Shown here piece after piece: positions 16,650 through 26,471 of a stretch of DNA of 48,534 nt. The position numbers and the translations under genes are program-made. The DNA is from a candidate division WOR-3 bacterium (GTDB lineage: Bacteria; Hydrothermota; Hydrothermia; JBDRYB01): positions 1 through 48,534 of the forward strand of contig JBDRYB010000013.1 of NCBI GenBank assembly GCA_039803205.1. Direction: 5' to 3'. The number at the start of each line of letters is the position of its first letter. Within the stretch, counting starts at the first letter, position 1. The notes beneath the pieces were generated by a model. The model did no database searches, was not told the origin of the DNA, and was given only the letters and a program-made list of their open reading frames with translations.

Positions 16650-17963
16650 TCACAAATTCGGCAGATACTCCCTTATCTCGTAGTCCGTGACTTGGATCCT
16701 ATAGCGCTCCCATTCCTCGCGCTTGTTGGCCAGGTACTTCGCGAAAAGCTCCGGACCGAGCGCCTCCTTCACGACATCGCTCATCTCCATCGCCTCAATC
16801 GCGGAATAGAGGCTATCGGGAAGAGAATCTATGCCGTATTCCTTTTTAGCCTCCTCGGGGAGACTGTAGATGTCCCTTTCAACGGGGTCAGGCAAGGGGT
16901 ATCCGTTTATTATCCCAGCGAGGCCGGCAGAGAGCATTACGGAGAAGGCAAGGTAGGGGTTGCACGCGGGGTCAGGCGCTCTGTATTCAGCCCTGCACGA
17001 GGATGACCTTCCCTCCTTGAACGCGGGAACCCGAACCAGGGCCGAGCGGTTCTTCCTCCCCCAGCATATGTAGACAGGTGCCTCGTATCCCACGACTAAG
17101 CGCTTGTATGAGTTGACCCACTGGTTCGTGACGGCAGTTATCTCCCTAGCGTGCTTGAGTAGACCAGCGATAAAGCCCTTTGCCACATCCGAAAGGTTAT
17201 AGGGATCTGAGTCCGAATAGAAGGCGTTTTTATCCCCAGCAAACAGGCTCTGGTGGACATGTAGCCCGGAGCCATTTATGCCGAAGACCGGCTTCGGCAT
17301 GAAAGAAGCGAATAACCCGTGAGCCCTTGCTTTCTCCTTAACTATTACTTTCGCTATCTGTAATAGGTCGGCCATCGTCAGGGCATCCGAATACCTGAAG
17401 TCAATCTCGTGCTGGGAGTAAGCGACCTCGTGGTGGCTCGCTTCAACCCTGAAACCCATCTCCATCAAAGCGAGAACAGCATCCTTTCTGGCCGCTGAGG
17501 CCTCGTTCAGGGGGAGGATGTCAAAATACCCGCCCCTATCCAAGGGGGTCGGGTCCTTCTCCCCGGGAAAGTAGAAAAATTCCAATTCTGGCCCGACATA
17601 ATACTCGTAGCCCAATGCCCTTGCCCTCTTTAGGTTCCTCTTGAGGACGCCGCGGGGGTCGGATTCAAAAGCCCTGCCGTCAGGATACCTTATGTCGCAG
17701 ATGAGTATCGCGGTTGGAGCGTTCCCGATTCCCTCTGGCAGGGTCTTGAATGTCGCTGGATCCGGAAATGCGACCAGGTCCGATTCCTCTATCCGGACGA
17801 ACCCCTCAACGGATGACCCGTCAAACATTATCCCCTCAGAAAGCCCTCTCTCCAGCTCTGAGGCGGCTATGTTGAAGCCCTTGAGCCTACCGAGGACATC
17901 CGTGAACCAGAAACGGATAACCTCTATTTTCCTGTCCCTGACTGTTCTTAGGATTTCTTCCAT
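16650..17963 (-). CDS. glnA: Glutamine synthetase type I
   Basis: FDGSSVEGF, GPELEFF, HHEVAYSQHEI, FMPKP..NGSGLHVHQS, NRSALVRVP, EYRAPDP. Confidence 0.96.
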   Translation of the reverse strand: MEEILRTVRDRKIEVIRFWFTDVLGRLKGFNIAASELERGLSEGIMFDGSSVEGFVRIEESDLVAFPDPATFKTLPEGIGNAPTAILICDIRYPDGRAFESDPRGVLKRNLKRARALGYEYYVGPELEFFYFPGEKDPTPLDRGGYFDILPLNEASAARKDAVLALMEMGFRVEASHHEVAYSQHEIDFRYSDALTMADLLQIAKVIVKEKARAHGLFASFMPKPVFGINGSGLHVHQSLFAGDKNAFYSDSDPYNLSDVAKGFIAGLLKHAREITAVTNQWVNSYKRLVVGYEAPVYICWGRKNRSALVRVPAFKEGRSSSCRAEYRAPDPACNPYLAFSVMLSAGLAGIINGYPLPDPVERDIYSLPEEAKKEYGIDSLPDSLYSAIEAMEMSDVVKEALGPELFAKYLANKREEWERYRIQVTDYEIREYLPNL

Positions 17964-18032
17964 GAGAATAGAAATTTTAACGGCCCCCCGCGTGCCGACT
18001 CAACAATGCCAATTGCCACCGCACAGGCGGCC

Positions 18033-18425
18033 CTATTCGCTCAAGGTCTTTCCTCCAGCCTTATCCCCCGACTCAGGTATTATCCCTTTGGTATCATCCT
18101 TCTCCATTAAGGATGAGATGCCCGCGTCAATGTATTCGTCAGCAGGCGCGATCTTATCCCTGTGCCTTTTGGCCAGCAAAACGGCTACTGTGCTCATGAG
18201 CGTCCCCAGAACCAGGGGACCCAAGCAGAAGAAGAACAACCCTTGGCCGTAGTTCCCTGGCTCGCCGTATCTTCCAAAAATGCTCGTTATCCCGATTCCT
18301 TCCGTTAAGAAAGCCACAGAGCAGAATAGGCTAAATGAGAGCGCGATAGAAAGAACGGATATGATGAGGTAGATCCACAAGGGGTTCCTTCCCTTCCTCT
18401 TTCTGCCTTTGGCTTCTCTGGCCAT
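18033..18425 (-). CDS. Hypothetical membrane protein (2 TM)
   Basis: Basic N-terminus and two hydrophobic helices. Confidence 0.55.
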   Translation of the reverse strand: MAREAKGRKRKGRNPLWIYLIISVLSIALSFSLFCSVAFLTEGIGITSIFGRYGEPGNYGQGLFFFCLGPLVLGTLMSTVAVLLAKRHRDKIAPADEYIDAGISSLMEKDDTKGIIPESGDKAGGKTLSE

Positions 18426-18478
18426 CTAGAGGCGACTCTATGGAAATTTAAAAGCCAAAGCGCCTGTTTAGATGAGGT

Positions 18479-19870
18479 TCACCTGAAACCCAGTTTTTCC
18501 TCGTATCTCAGTATGCTCAGAACCGCCTCAGCCTCCCCCATTCCGAAGCCCTCAAATTCAGCATTCGGGTTATACCAGGGCATAACGGAGAAGAACTCAG
18601 CCAGTTCCTTGTCCTCAAACTTGTAGCCAGCTCTGGCGTAGAAAGCGTTCCGGGCGAGCCTGAGCCAGGCCCTCTGCTTCTCCTTCTCTGGGGGGAGCAT
18701 GTGTTCTATTTTCGTTTCAGAGAAGTCCCAGTAGTAGGGATAAAAGAACACGACCGCGAACTCGCTCATGAACTCCCCGTATGGCCCACCCCTCACCCTT
18801 TCCTCAAGGGCCTTTTGCTCCTCGTCAACCCTTTTCGCGGCCTCTATGGTCTTTTGGTAGCTTTCCGGAAGGTCTTTGAATTTAAGGGCTTTCTTGGGCT
18901 TATACCAGTCAAACTGCCTGAAAAGCTCATCCCATTCCTTTTCTTTGAACCTGTGGCCGGCCTTAGCGTATAGGGTGTTTATTAGGACCCTGATCACACC
19001 TCTCTTGGGAAAGCCATAGGGTATAAAAAGGTTTCTTATCTCATCCTCTGTCAAGGGCCTACCCTCAACCACGAGGGAGCAAACCTCTTCAACTATGAGG
19101 GCCTCATGATATATATTGTATTCCTGGCCGAGAACGGCTATGCTTATGTCTTCCTCCGGCTCCCAGTTGGTGAAGTGCCATACCACCCTCGTACTCTCAG
19201 GGTTCAGCGAGGCCTCAGGCGGGGTCAATCTCCAATAGACAATTGAGCCTTCTCCCCATCTTGGTTTCGGCAGTTTCTTCGGTATCTCTATGGATATGAC
19301 GGCATCCTCTATGCGCCCCGCCCAAGCAGCTCCTGTTGTCGTTATGTAAGTGAATGTGTAGCCGAACATGGCGTCAACATTATACCACTTGTCCCAATCG
19401 GTCTGGTATCTCGTGATGAGCCTTCTGGTCTGACCCGGAGCGAAATCCACATCCCAGACGAAGAAGAACCTCTTGTTCCATATGGGGATGTTTTTGCTTT
19501 CCGTGAGGTCGGGCATTACCTTCACTTGCACCTTTTTCCCATCAACGAGTGAGACGAACCTGATGCTATCCTTGGCGTTTGGGATCTCGTTGAAGCCGGG
19601 TTCCCACATCTCTCCCCAGTTTTCATAGAACGGGAAGCCCATAGTGACCTTTAGGCTCTTGTCCGAGTGGTTCTTGAAGGTGAACCGGGCCTCAACCTCC
19701 ACCCGGGTGTCCTTCTTCACCCTTACCATTACGGTCTCAGCGACCATCTGGATGCCGTCCTCAGACATCGGGATGACCCCTGAGCCGTCCGGATACTCCC
19801 AGACAGCGGTATCGTTAGCGAGAAGGAACCCAACGGTCCAAAAAGTTGAAACGAAAACCCATCTTTTCAT
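18479..19870 (-). CDS. Secreted DUF4424-like protein with two YARHG-like domains
   Basis: Signal peptide; IQMVAETV, MGFP, YITTTGAAWAGRI; NTLYAKAGHRF...FDWYKP and RNAFYARAGYKF...MPWYNP. Confidence 0.75.
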   Translation of the reverse strand: MKRWVFVSTFWTVGFLLANDTAVWEYPDGSGVIPMSEDGIQMVAETVMVRVKKDTRVEVEARFTFKNHSDKSLKVTMGFPFYENWGEMWEPGFNEIPNAKDSIRFVSLVDGKKVQVKVMPDLTESKNIPIWNKRFFFVWDVDFAPGQTRRLITRYQTDWDKWYNVDAMFGYTFTYITTTGAAWAGRIEDAVISIEIPKKLPKPRWGEGSIVYWRLTPPEASLNPESTRVVWHFTNWEPEEDISIAVLGQEYNIYHEALIVEEVCSLVVEGRPLTEDEIRNLFIPYGFPKRGVIRVLINTLYAKAGHRFKEKEWDELFRQFDWYKPKKALKFKDLPESYQKTIEAAKRVDEEQKALEERVRGGPYGEFMSEFAVVFFYPYYWDFSETKIEHMLPPEKEKQRAWLRLARNAFYARAGYKFEDKELAEFFSVMPWYNPNAEFEGFGMGEAEAVLSILRYEEKLGFR

Positions 19871-20037
19871 GGCAGAAACCTCTTGTTCACTGGCAAATTA
19901 TAATGCTTACCCCTCTTTGACTTCCGTAGTTCGTTCACGCCCTTAGCTTTATAATTTCTCATACGCTAAAGGATTTCCTGAGAATCTACCGGGAAAACTC
20001 AAGAAGGATAGGTAGACGCGGATGGATATTCCTTTTC

Positions 20038-21153
20038 GTGATGTTCACATCCTCGGTAGGAGGCGTTGCGGCTCACCTCATATTCAACCTTTATCTCAGA
20101 GAGCTTGGTTGGACTGATACCGGAATAGGGCTCGCTCAGTTCACCGCTATGGGCACGGGCGCGGGGTTCACCCTTCCTTCGGCCTATCTCTCATTCAGGA
20201 TAAGGCCGTTTTACATGCTGTTCGCCTCACTCGTGGGGGCCGCTCTTGGTATCCTGCTCCTCTTTCTCTTTCGCTCTCCTGTTGCCATAATAGGATCAGC
20301 CGCGCTCACGGGCCTCTCATCCGCCCTCTCCTCAGCCTCCCTTTCCCCTTTTATGTTGAGGCTTGTTGGGCACGGTCCAGGGCCCTTCCTCTTCTCAGCG
20401 CAGTGGTCAACCTCAACCTTGGGGGGTCTCCTTGGGAACCTCGCTGGCGGTTGGCTCGCCTCGGCAGGATACAGGTGGACATTTGGCTTTGCGCTCGCGT
20501 TCTATGTTCTGGCTATATCGCTTGGGTTTTTCCTCAGGCCCCGTAGGATAACCGAGAAGAGAAGCGGCGCTGGGTTTCTTTTGGGTTTCAAGGATTGTTG
20601 GCAAAGCCTCGTTAAGCTGGGAATAACCCAGGGATTTATTGGTCTGGGTGCTGGGCTCTTCGTCCCCTTCATGAACCTGTATTTTAAGGACAGATTTGAG
20701 CTTTCGGCCGGAACCATAGGCATCCTTTATGGGGTTCACAGCGCCAGCCTTTTCTTTTCCGCCATGCTGGCGCCATATTTGGTTTCCAGGTTTGGGAAGA
20801 TAAGGGTCGTGATAGCGACCCAGGCCCTATCGCTTCCTTTCAACGCGGCTCTCGCTTTTTCCTGGAACCTCGTTATTTCCTCGGTCTCCTTCTGGATAAG
20901 GGGCGGCCTCATGAACATGGCCCAGCCCATGATGAGCAACTACGCGGTTGAATCCGTGAGGCCGGAGTTCGGAGGGACTGCGACCGCGCTCATGTCCCTC
21001 TTCTGGATGGGGTGTTTCTCCATCTCAAACATCGCGGCTGGTTATCTCCTGGAGAGGTGGGGGTTTACGGTTCCAATACTCGCCGGAGCGGCATTTTACC
21101 TGATCTCCACCCTGCTCATATGGGCGTGGTTCGGAAGGAAAACCATCGCCTGA
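20038..21153 (+). CDS. MFS transporter
   Basis: About 12 TM helices; FNLYLRELG, PFMNLYFKDRF. True start may be upstream at about 19963 (see findings). Confidence 0.88.
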   Translation: MMFTSSVGGVAAHLIFNLYLRELGWTDTGIGLAQFTAMGTGAGFTLPSAYLSFRIRPFYMLFASLVGAALGILLLFLFRSPVAIIGSAALTGLSSALSSASLSPFMLRLVGHGPGPFLFSAQWSTSTLGGLLGNLAGGWLASAGYRWTFGFALAFYVLAISLGFFLRPRRITEKRSGAGFLLGFKDCWQSLVKLGITQGFIGLGAGLFVPFMNLYFKDRFELSAGTIGILYGVHSASLFFSAMLAPYLVSRFGKIRVVIATQALSLPFNAALAFSWNLVISSVSFWIRGGLMNMAQPMMSNYAVESVRPEFGGTATALMSLFWMGCFSISNIAAGYLLERWGFTVPILAGAAFYLISTLLIWAWFGRKTIA

Positions 21154-21312
21154 CAACTGCCCGGCCTGACCCCTTTTTCGTTATCCAGAGATAGACGCCT
21201 GGCCCCAGGCTTATCCGGTTCCAGCCCTTATTTAGGCTCCGAGGGCAGACGGCCCTTCCATCAGCCGAGTATAACCTGGAAATCCGCCACTGCCTTGAAT
21301 TATAATTTAACC

Positions 21313-22590
21313 GTGGACATCCTCACCCTCATCAAAACCGCTTTCGGTGGCCTAGCGGCGAACAAAATGCGTTCTTTCCTGACGACGCTCGGGGTTATAA
21401 TCGGCGTCACGACCGTGATAGCCATGGTCTCCATAATTGAGGGGATAAACGGGTTCGTGTATAATGTTCTGGGCAGCGTTGGGTCAAACACCCTCTATGT
21501 CCAGAAGTTCAAGTGGAACATCAACATAGGGGGCGGAGGGCCTTCAAGGGAGGAGGTAAGGGAGCTCTCCAAGAGGCCCAACCTAACTGAGGAGGACGCG
21601 GAGGCTCTCAGGCGCCTGCCTTGCCTTAAATCAGTTGGGGTTTTGCAGGAATTCTGGTCATTTGGCGAAAGCTTCAGGCTTACATACAAGACCAAAAACC
21701 ACGACATAAGGAGCATAAACGGCGTTGATGAGTATGGGATACCGCTTCTCGGTTACCAGATAGAACAGGGAAGGAATTTTACCCACGATGACATAAGATA
21801 CAGGCGCCAAGTGGTCATATTGGGCAGGACCCCTGCTGAAAGGCTTTTTGGCGAGGAGGACCCGATTGATAAGGAGATACAGATAGCCGGAAAGACATTT
21901 CTCGTAATAGGGGTTTTGGGCGAAAAAGGGGAGCTTCTCGGCAATGACATGGATGATTTCGTGGCAGTTCCTCTGGCAACAGCCCAGAGATACTTTGAAT
22001 TGCCCGCGAGGGGGCCATGGCGGCAGCTGTATGGCTCGCCTTATCTCGCCGCGCTCGTGAAGGAGGGCTGGACAATAGAGCAGGCAACGGAGATGGTGAG
22101 GGATGAGATGCGAGCCAGGCGGGGGATCAGGTTCGATCAGCCGGATAATTTTGAGATAAACACTCAGAAAATGCTTCTTGACATATACAGGCAGTTCACG
22201 ATGGGGATATTCCTCGCCATGATAGGAATCGCCTCCCTCGCTCTTCTGGTCGGCGGCATAGGCATAATGAACATCATGCTCGTTTCGGTCACGGAACGCA
22301 CCAGGGAGATAGGCATAAGGATGGCAATAGGCGCAACGAGGCGAAACATACTGCTTCAGTTCCTGTTTGAGTCTGTGACCTTGACCCTGACCGGCGGCAT
22401 AATCGGGGTCATTATCGGTCTGGGCCTCGGGAAGATCGTTGACATTTTGACCCCACTGCCCTCTTCCGCCCCTCTGTGGAGCATATTTCTGGGCCTGGCT
22501 TTCGCGGCGGGGGTTGGGCTTTTCTTCGGTATATATCCAGCATACAAGGCATCCAGGCTTGATCCCATTGAGGCGCTGAGATACGAATAG
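21313..22590 (+). CDS. MacB/FtsX-family ABC transporter permease
   Basis: RSFLTTLGVIIG, GGIGIMNIMLVSVTERTREIGIRMAIGA, PAYKASRLDPIEALRYE. Start GTG 21313. Confidence 0.95.
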   Translation: MDILTLIKTAFGGLAANKMRSFLTTLGVIIGVTTVIAMVSIIEGINGFVYNVLGSVGSNTLYVQKFKWNINIGGGGPSREEVRELSKRPNLTEEDAEALRRLPCLKSVGVLQEFWSFGESFRLTYKTKNHDIRSINGVDEYGIPLLGYQIEQGRNFTHDDIRYRRQVVILGRTPAERLFGEEDPIDKEIQIAGKTFLVIGVLGEKGELLGNDMDDFVAVPLATAQRYFELPARGPWRQLYGSPYLAALVKEGWTIEQATEMVRDEMRARRGIRFDQPDNFEINTQKMLLDIYRQFTMGIFLAMIGIASLALLVGGIGIMNIMLVSVTERTREIGIRMAIGATRRNILLQFLFESVTLTLTGGIIGVIIGLGLGKIVDILTPLPSSAPLWSIFLGLAFAAGVGLFFGIYPAYKASRLDPIEALRYE

Positions 22591-22596
22591 GCATCC

Positions 22597-23439
22597 CTAC
22601 GCATCCACATGCACGAACGCCCGAGAGACCTCCTCAGCGGATTCAACCCTCTCTTGGACTGCCGCGCCGATGTCGTGCGCCTCGCGGACGCTTATTTCTG
22701 GTGAGACCGTTATTATGACCTCAACATGAAGCTCCGCGCCGACATAGTGGGCCCTTACCTCTGTGACGCTCGCGACCCCAGGCGTTTCCCCCGCAAGCCT
22801 TCTTATCTTCATTATGATACCCTGATTTGGGGCCTTCCCCATGAGATAGGATAGGTTCTCCCTCATTACCGAGAAAGCGGACACGAGAACCCATACCCCA
22901 ACTGCTGCTCCAGCGAGCGCATCCCATATCCCGGAGAGAACGAGGCCCAAGAGCGCGACCCCTGATGCGCCAATATCAGCAAAAGCATCCAGGGCAGTTG
23001 ATTTTAGAAGGGGGCTCCTCGTCCTTCTGGCCCAGATCATGAAAAATGGGCCGAGAAAGCCCTTTGTTATAACTGAGACCGCAAGGACACAGATGGCCAT
23101 AGCGGTTATCCTTGGCGCGTGGCCGGAGATTAGGCCCTCAACCGATCCCCTCACTATCTCCAGAGCGACCATAGCAACGAATATGGCCACGACAATGGCG
23201 CCCAGGGGTTCTGCCCTAGTGTGGCCAAAAGGGTGATCGGCATCAGCTCTCTTTCTTGACCAGAGGGCGACTATAACCATGACGGCATAAAGCAGGATAT
23301 CCGTCCCTGAGTTCACGGTGTCGGAAAGGATCCCGAGGCTATGGGTTCCGAACCAGGCCGCACCCTTCAGGACGAAGAGGAGCGCGTTGATTATTACGCC
23401 CAGGGATACTATCTTGCTGACTCGTTTCTCATCTCCCAT
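22597..23439 (-). CDS. Cation diffusion facilitator (FieF-like)
   Basis: ADADHPFGHTRAE; C-terminal EAHDIG...AFVHVD. Confidence 0.92.
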   Translation of the reverse strand: MGDEKRVSKIVSLGVIINALLFVLKGAAWFGTHSLGILSDTVNSGTDILLYAVMVIVALWSRKRADADHPFGHTRAEPLGAIVVAIFVAMVALEIVRGSVEGLISGHAPRITAMAICVLAVSVITKGFLGPFFMIWARRTRSPLLKSTALDAFADIGASGVALLGLVLSGIWDALAGAAVGVWVLVSAFSVMRENLSYLMGKAPNQGIIMKIRRLAGETPGVASVTEVRAHYVGAELHVEVIITVSPEISVREAHDIGAAVQERVESAEEVSRAFVHVDA

Positions 23440-24559
23440 ATTCAGCTAATCCAAACGCTTCGGCCCTGTTGGGGGAGGGCTCAAAACCCAAGAGCCTTCT
23501 GAGCTTGAACCCGGCGCTCGTGAGATTTTTGTGGGAGCGATAAAGTGATTTTATATCCTTGCCGAAAACTATGACCTGCTCTGCGACCCTGAGGCTCCTC
23601 GCGCTCTCAGCGAAAACCGGTCCCCTCTCAGCGTTTATGAGGAAAACATCAGCGAGGCCCTTGTCCACATCCAGGAGGTTATCCAGGGTTATCGTGATGT
23701 TCCAGGCATATGATGCCTCTGATGAAGCGAGCGTGTCCGCGAGGAGATCTGGCTTCGTATCAAAAACAATGACGCTTTTTGCCTTTTCTGCCAGAGCTAA
23801 GCCCAGGAAATACCCGACTCCGGCCTCCGCGATCCTCGCGCCAGGCCGAACCATCTCCTTTATCGTTCTGATAATGGCCTCGTGGAGGAATGGGTTTTCC
23901 GGCCAAACCCCTCCTGGGGTCATCCTGTAGATGGCTCGGCCTATCCTGTGGAAATAGTGGTGCTCGCCGGATAGAGACCACACCTTCCCCTCGCACTCCT
24001 CGCAGACGCCAGTTATATCGCCTGATAGCCGAGAGATCTTCTCGCCGAGGAGCCTTGACCTAACCGGGAGCCTTGTTATCAGCGATACGACGAGACTTTT
24101 TGGATCGGGTGAACCACAGAAACCTATACCCGATATCTTTCCCCTGCCAATTCTTTTGTCGTAGAAGCTGACCCCTTCTTCCTTGAAGAATCGCTTTATC
24201 CTTTCAAGGAGCGCGCGCTGTTCCCTGGGTAGGTGTGGGCAATCCCAGAGATCAAAGACCTGGCCCCTGGCCGAGGGCAACCCGATATATACCATGTCCT
24301 TGACCTTCTTGGCTAAGAAGCGCGGCCTATAGAGCCATCCCTCCTCTGGCCCCTGCCAAACCGATTCCGGTTCCGCGCCAAAGACACCTGAAAGCGTTGC
24401 GGATATATGCTTTGCTTGGCCTTCCCGATTCACCCATTGAAATTCACAACCAGGGCATAGATCAGCAAGCCTGCACGGAGGCTTTCGTTCAAAACCCCGC
24501 GCTGAAGAGCTCTGAAAGCGCCTGGTCAAAGAGGCTCGCGAAAGCCTTTCGTATGCCAT
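23429..24559 (-). CDS. RlmD/TrmA-like RNA methyltransferase homologue, degenerate
   Basis: CRLADLCPGCEFQ...DCP Fe-S motif and RlmD-like layout; SAM and catalytic motifs eroded; start uncertain. Confidence 0.65.
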   Translation of the reverse strand: MAYERLSRASLTRRFQSSSARGFERKPPCRLADLCPGCEFQWVNREGQAKHISATLSGVFGAEPESVWQGPEEGWLYRPRFLAKKVKDMVYIGLPSARGQVFDLWDCPHLPREQRALLERIKRFFKEEGVSFYDKRIGRGKISGIGFCGSPDPKSLVVSLITRLPVRSRLLGEKISRLSGDITGVCEECEGKVWSLSGEHHYFHRIGRAIYRMTPGGVWPENPFLHEAIIRTIKEMVRPGARIAEAGVGYFLGLALAEKAKSVIVFDTKPDLLADTLASSEASYAWNITITLDNLLDVDKGLADVFLINAERGPVFAESARSLRVAEQVIVFGKDIKSLYRSHKNLTSAGFKLRRLLGFEPSPNRAEAFGLAEYGR

Positions 24560-24968
24560 CTTCCTCACTCTCAGAACCCACCCTGTATACGGCCCATCCC
24601 TGATAGGTTTTGGGTTCAAGATAATACTTTTGTCTGGCAACATCGTAGAACGAGACCTTGGCCCTTATTGTCACCCTGTAGGTTAGTATCTTTCCTGATG
24701 CATCGTATTCCTCAGGGTCTTTCCTGAAAGAGATTACCTCACCCTCGGCTAAGAGCGCGGCTTCTTCCTCCCCAACTATTTCAAGCCTTCCGTCCTTTCG
24801 TATCCTCTCACCGAGCACATCAGTGGCTGTGGTCTGGATACCCTGCCGGGCTGTGGTGTTCGTGAAGAGCCTGATGTGGGTTTTTCGGAGTTCCTTTGGA
24901 AAGAATCCGGAGAAGGAATAGACGCATCCGGAGAGGATTATGGAAACCAAAACAGAGGCCTCACGCAC
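24489..24968 (-). CDS. lptE: LPS assembly lipoprotein LptE-family protein
   Basis: Lipobox IILSGC then VYSFSG; FTNTT; YRVTIRAKVSFYD. Start GTG 24968. Confidence 0.7.
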   Translation of the reverse strand: MREASVLVSIILSGCVYSFSGFFPKELRKTHIRLFTNTTARQGIQTTATDVLGERIRKDGRLEIVGEEEAALLAEGEVISFRKDPEEYDASGKILTYRVTIRAKVSFYDVARQKYYLEPKTYQGWAVYRVGSESEEDGIRKAFASLFDQALSELFSAGF

Positions 24969-25077
24969 ACCCAAAATATAAGGCTGGAGGTCGCCCGGGC
25001 GCAAAGTGGACGCCCCCTGTTATTTGATTTCCTATCAGGCCAGGGTGTATAATATTAATCCAACCGGAGGTTTTGAG

Positions 25078-25500
25078 ATGTCATCAAAAGAGGAGCTTCT
25101 GAAGCTCATGAACGATGCTGTAGCAAGGGAGCTACAGGTTGCCATCCAATACATGTGGCAACATGTGAGGGCTTCTGGTTATCAGTCTCCACCAATAGCG
25201 GACGCGTTCAAGAAAATCGCCATAACCGAGATGAAGCACGCTGAGGCAATCGCTGAGCGCATGGATTACCTGGGAGGAGAGGCAACCACAAAGCCGGCGC
25301 CCATAACCGTTGGTCAGACCCTAAAAGAGATGCTGGAGCTGGACATAAAGGCTGAGGGCGAGGCAATTACCCTCTACAAGAAGATAATAGATGCGGCTCA
25401 GACTGCAAAAGATACCACGACGAGGCGCCTTTTTGAGGAAATACTCGCGGACGAGGAGGAGCACGACGACCTTTTCCGCAGGCTCTTAGAAGGGCTGTAA
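25078..25500 (+). CDS. Bacterioferritin-like ferritin-domain protein
   Basis: ARELQVAIQYMWQH, EMKHAE, EGEAI, DEEEH. Start ATG 25078 with GGAGG; TATAAT at 25048. Confidence 0.85.
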   Translation: MSSKEELLKLMNDAVARELQVAIQYMWQHVRASGYQSPPIADAFKKIAITEMKHAEAIAERMDYLGGEATTKPAPITVGQTLKEMLELDIKAEGEAITLYKKIIDAAQTAKDTTTRRLFEEILADEEEHDDLFRRLLEGL

Positions 25501-25548
25501 AGGATCTTTCCTGGATATTTCAAATACCTGCAAGAGGAGAATTTTGCT

Positions 25549-26052
25549 ATGCGCAGGATGACAGAGGAGAACCTCAAAGCCGCGTTCTCGGGGGAATCCC
25601 AGGCCCACATGAAATACCTGATATTCGCGGAAGCGGCTGAGCGCGAGAACCTGCCGAATGTAGCCAGGCTCTTCAGGGCAATAGCCTACGCTGAGCAGGT
25701 CCACGCGACGAACCACTTCAGGAACCTGGGCGGCATAGGCGAAACCGGCGAGAACCTTAAGGCCGCTATAGAGGGTGAGAACTTTGAGGTTGATGAGATG
25801 TATCCCGCTTATGACGCGGTGGCAAGACTTCAGGGCGAACAGGGGGCTCAGAGGAGCATACACTATGCCCTTGAGGCCGAGAAGATCCACGCGGCAATGT
25901 ATGAGAGGGCTCGCCAGGCGGTTCTCGCTGGAAAGGACCCTCAGATAGGTGAACTACACATATGCCCCGTATGCGGATACACCCATGAGGGCCCTCCGCC
26001 GGAGCGCTGCCCTGTGTGCTCTGCGCCCGGTTCAAGCTTCAGAAAGTTCTGA
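25549..26052 (+). CDS. rbr: Rubrerythrin
   Basis: ENLKAAFSGESQA, EQVHA, EKIH; C-terminal CPVC...CPVC. Confidence 0.95.
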   Translation: MRRMTEENLKAAFSGESQAHMKYLIFAEAAERENLPNVARLFRAIAYAEQVHATNHFRNLGGIGETGENLKAAIEGENFEVDEMYPAYDAVARLQGEQGAQRSIHYALEAEKIHAAMYERARQAVLAGKDPQIGELHICPVCGYTHEGPPPERCPVCSAPGSSFRKF

Positions 26053-26064
26053 AGGGAGGATAAA

Positions 26065-26424
26065 ATGCGTTTATCAGAAACCATAAACCCGCCCGAATAC
26101 GAGGGCAAGGAGAAGCATGTGCCTCATATTCACGCTCCGGAAAAGGTCAAGGCCGGAGAATGGTTTGAGGTGACTGTCGTAGTTGGGGAAGAGGTCCCTC
26201 ATCCCAACACCATTGAGCACCACATAGATTGGATAAGGGTTCTTTACAAGGAGGATGGGCCGAGGCCAGTCTACTCGGTTGCCTACTGCACTTTTACCCC
26301 TTTGTATGGGGATTCAAGGTTCAGCTTCAGGATGAAGGTGGACAAGCCCGGCCACATCCTCGCCGTGGAGCACTGCAACATCCACGGGCTCTGGGATAAC
26401 AGCAAACGCATTGAGGTGGTATAG
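26065..26424 (+). CDS. sor: Superoxide reductase (neelaredoxin-type, 1Fe)
   Basis: EKHVP, HPNTIEHHI, CNIHGLW. Confidence 0.92.
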   Translation: MRLSETINPPEYEGKEKHVPHIHAPEKVKAGEWFEVTVVVGEEVPHPNTIEHHIDWIRVLYKEDGPRPVYSVAYCTFTPLYGDSRFSFRMKVDKPGHILAVEHCNIHGLWDNSKRIEVV

Positions 26425-26450
26425 AGGTTAGACACACAGAACCCTAAGCA

Positions 26451-26471
26451 GGGCAGGTCTCGTGCCTGCCC
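26451..26471. terminator. Hairpin between convergent genes
   Basis: GGGCAGG-TCTCGTG-CCTGCCC. Confidence 0.5.

Noticed and set aside
25040..25062. PerR/Fur box before the ferritin-rbr-sor operon
   Set aside because: Only a partial AT-rich match overlapping the -10; not enough to call.
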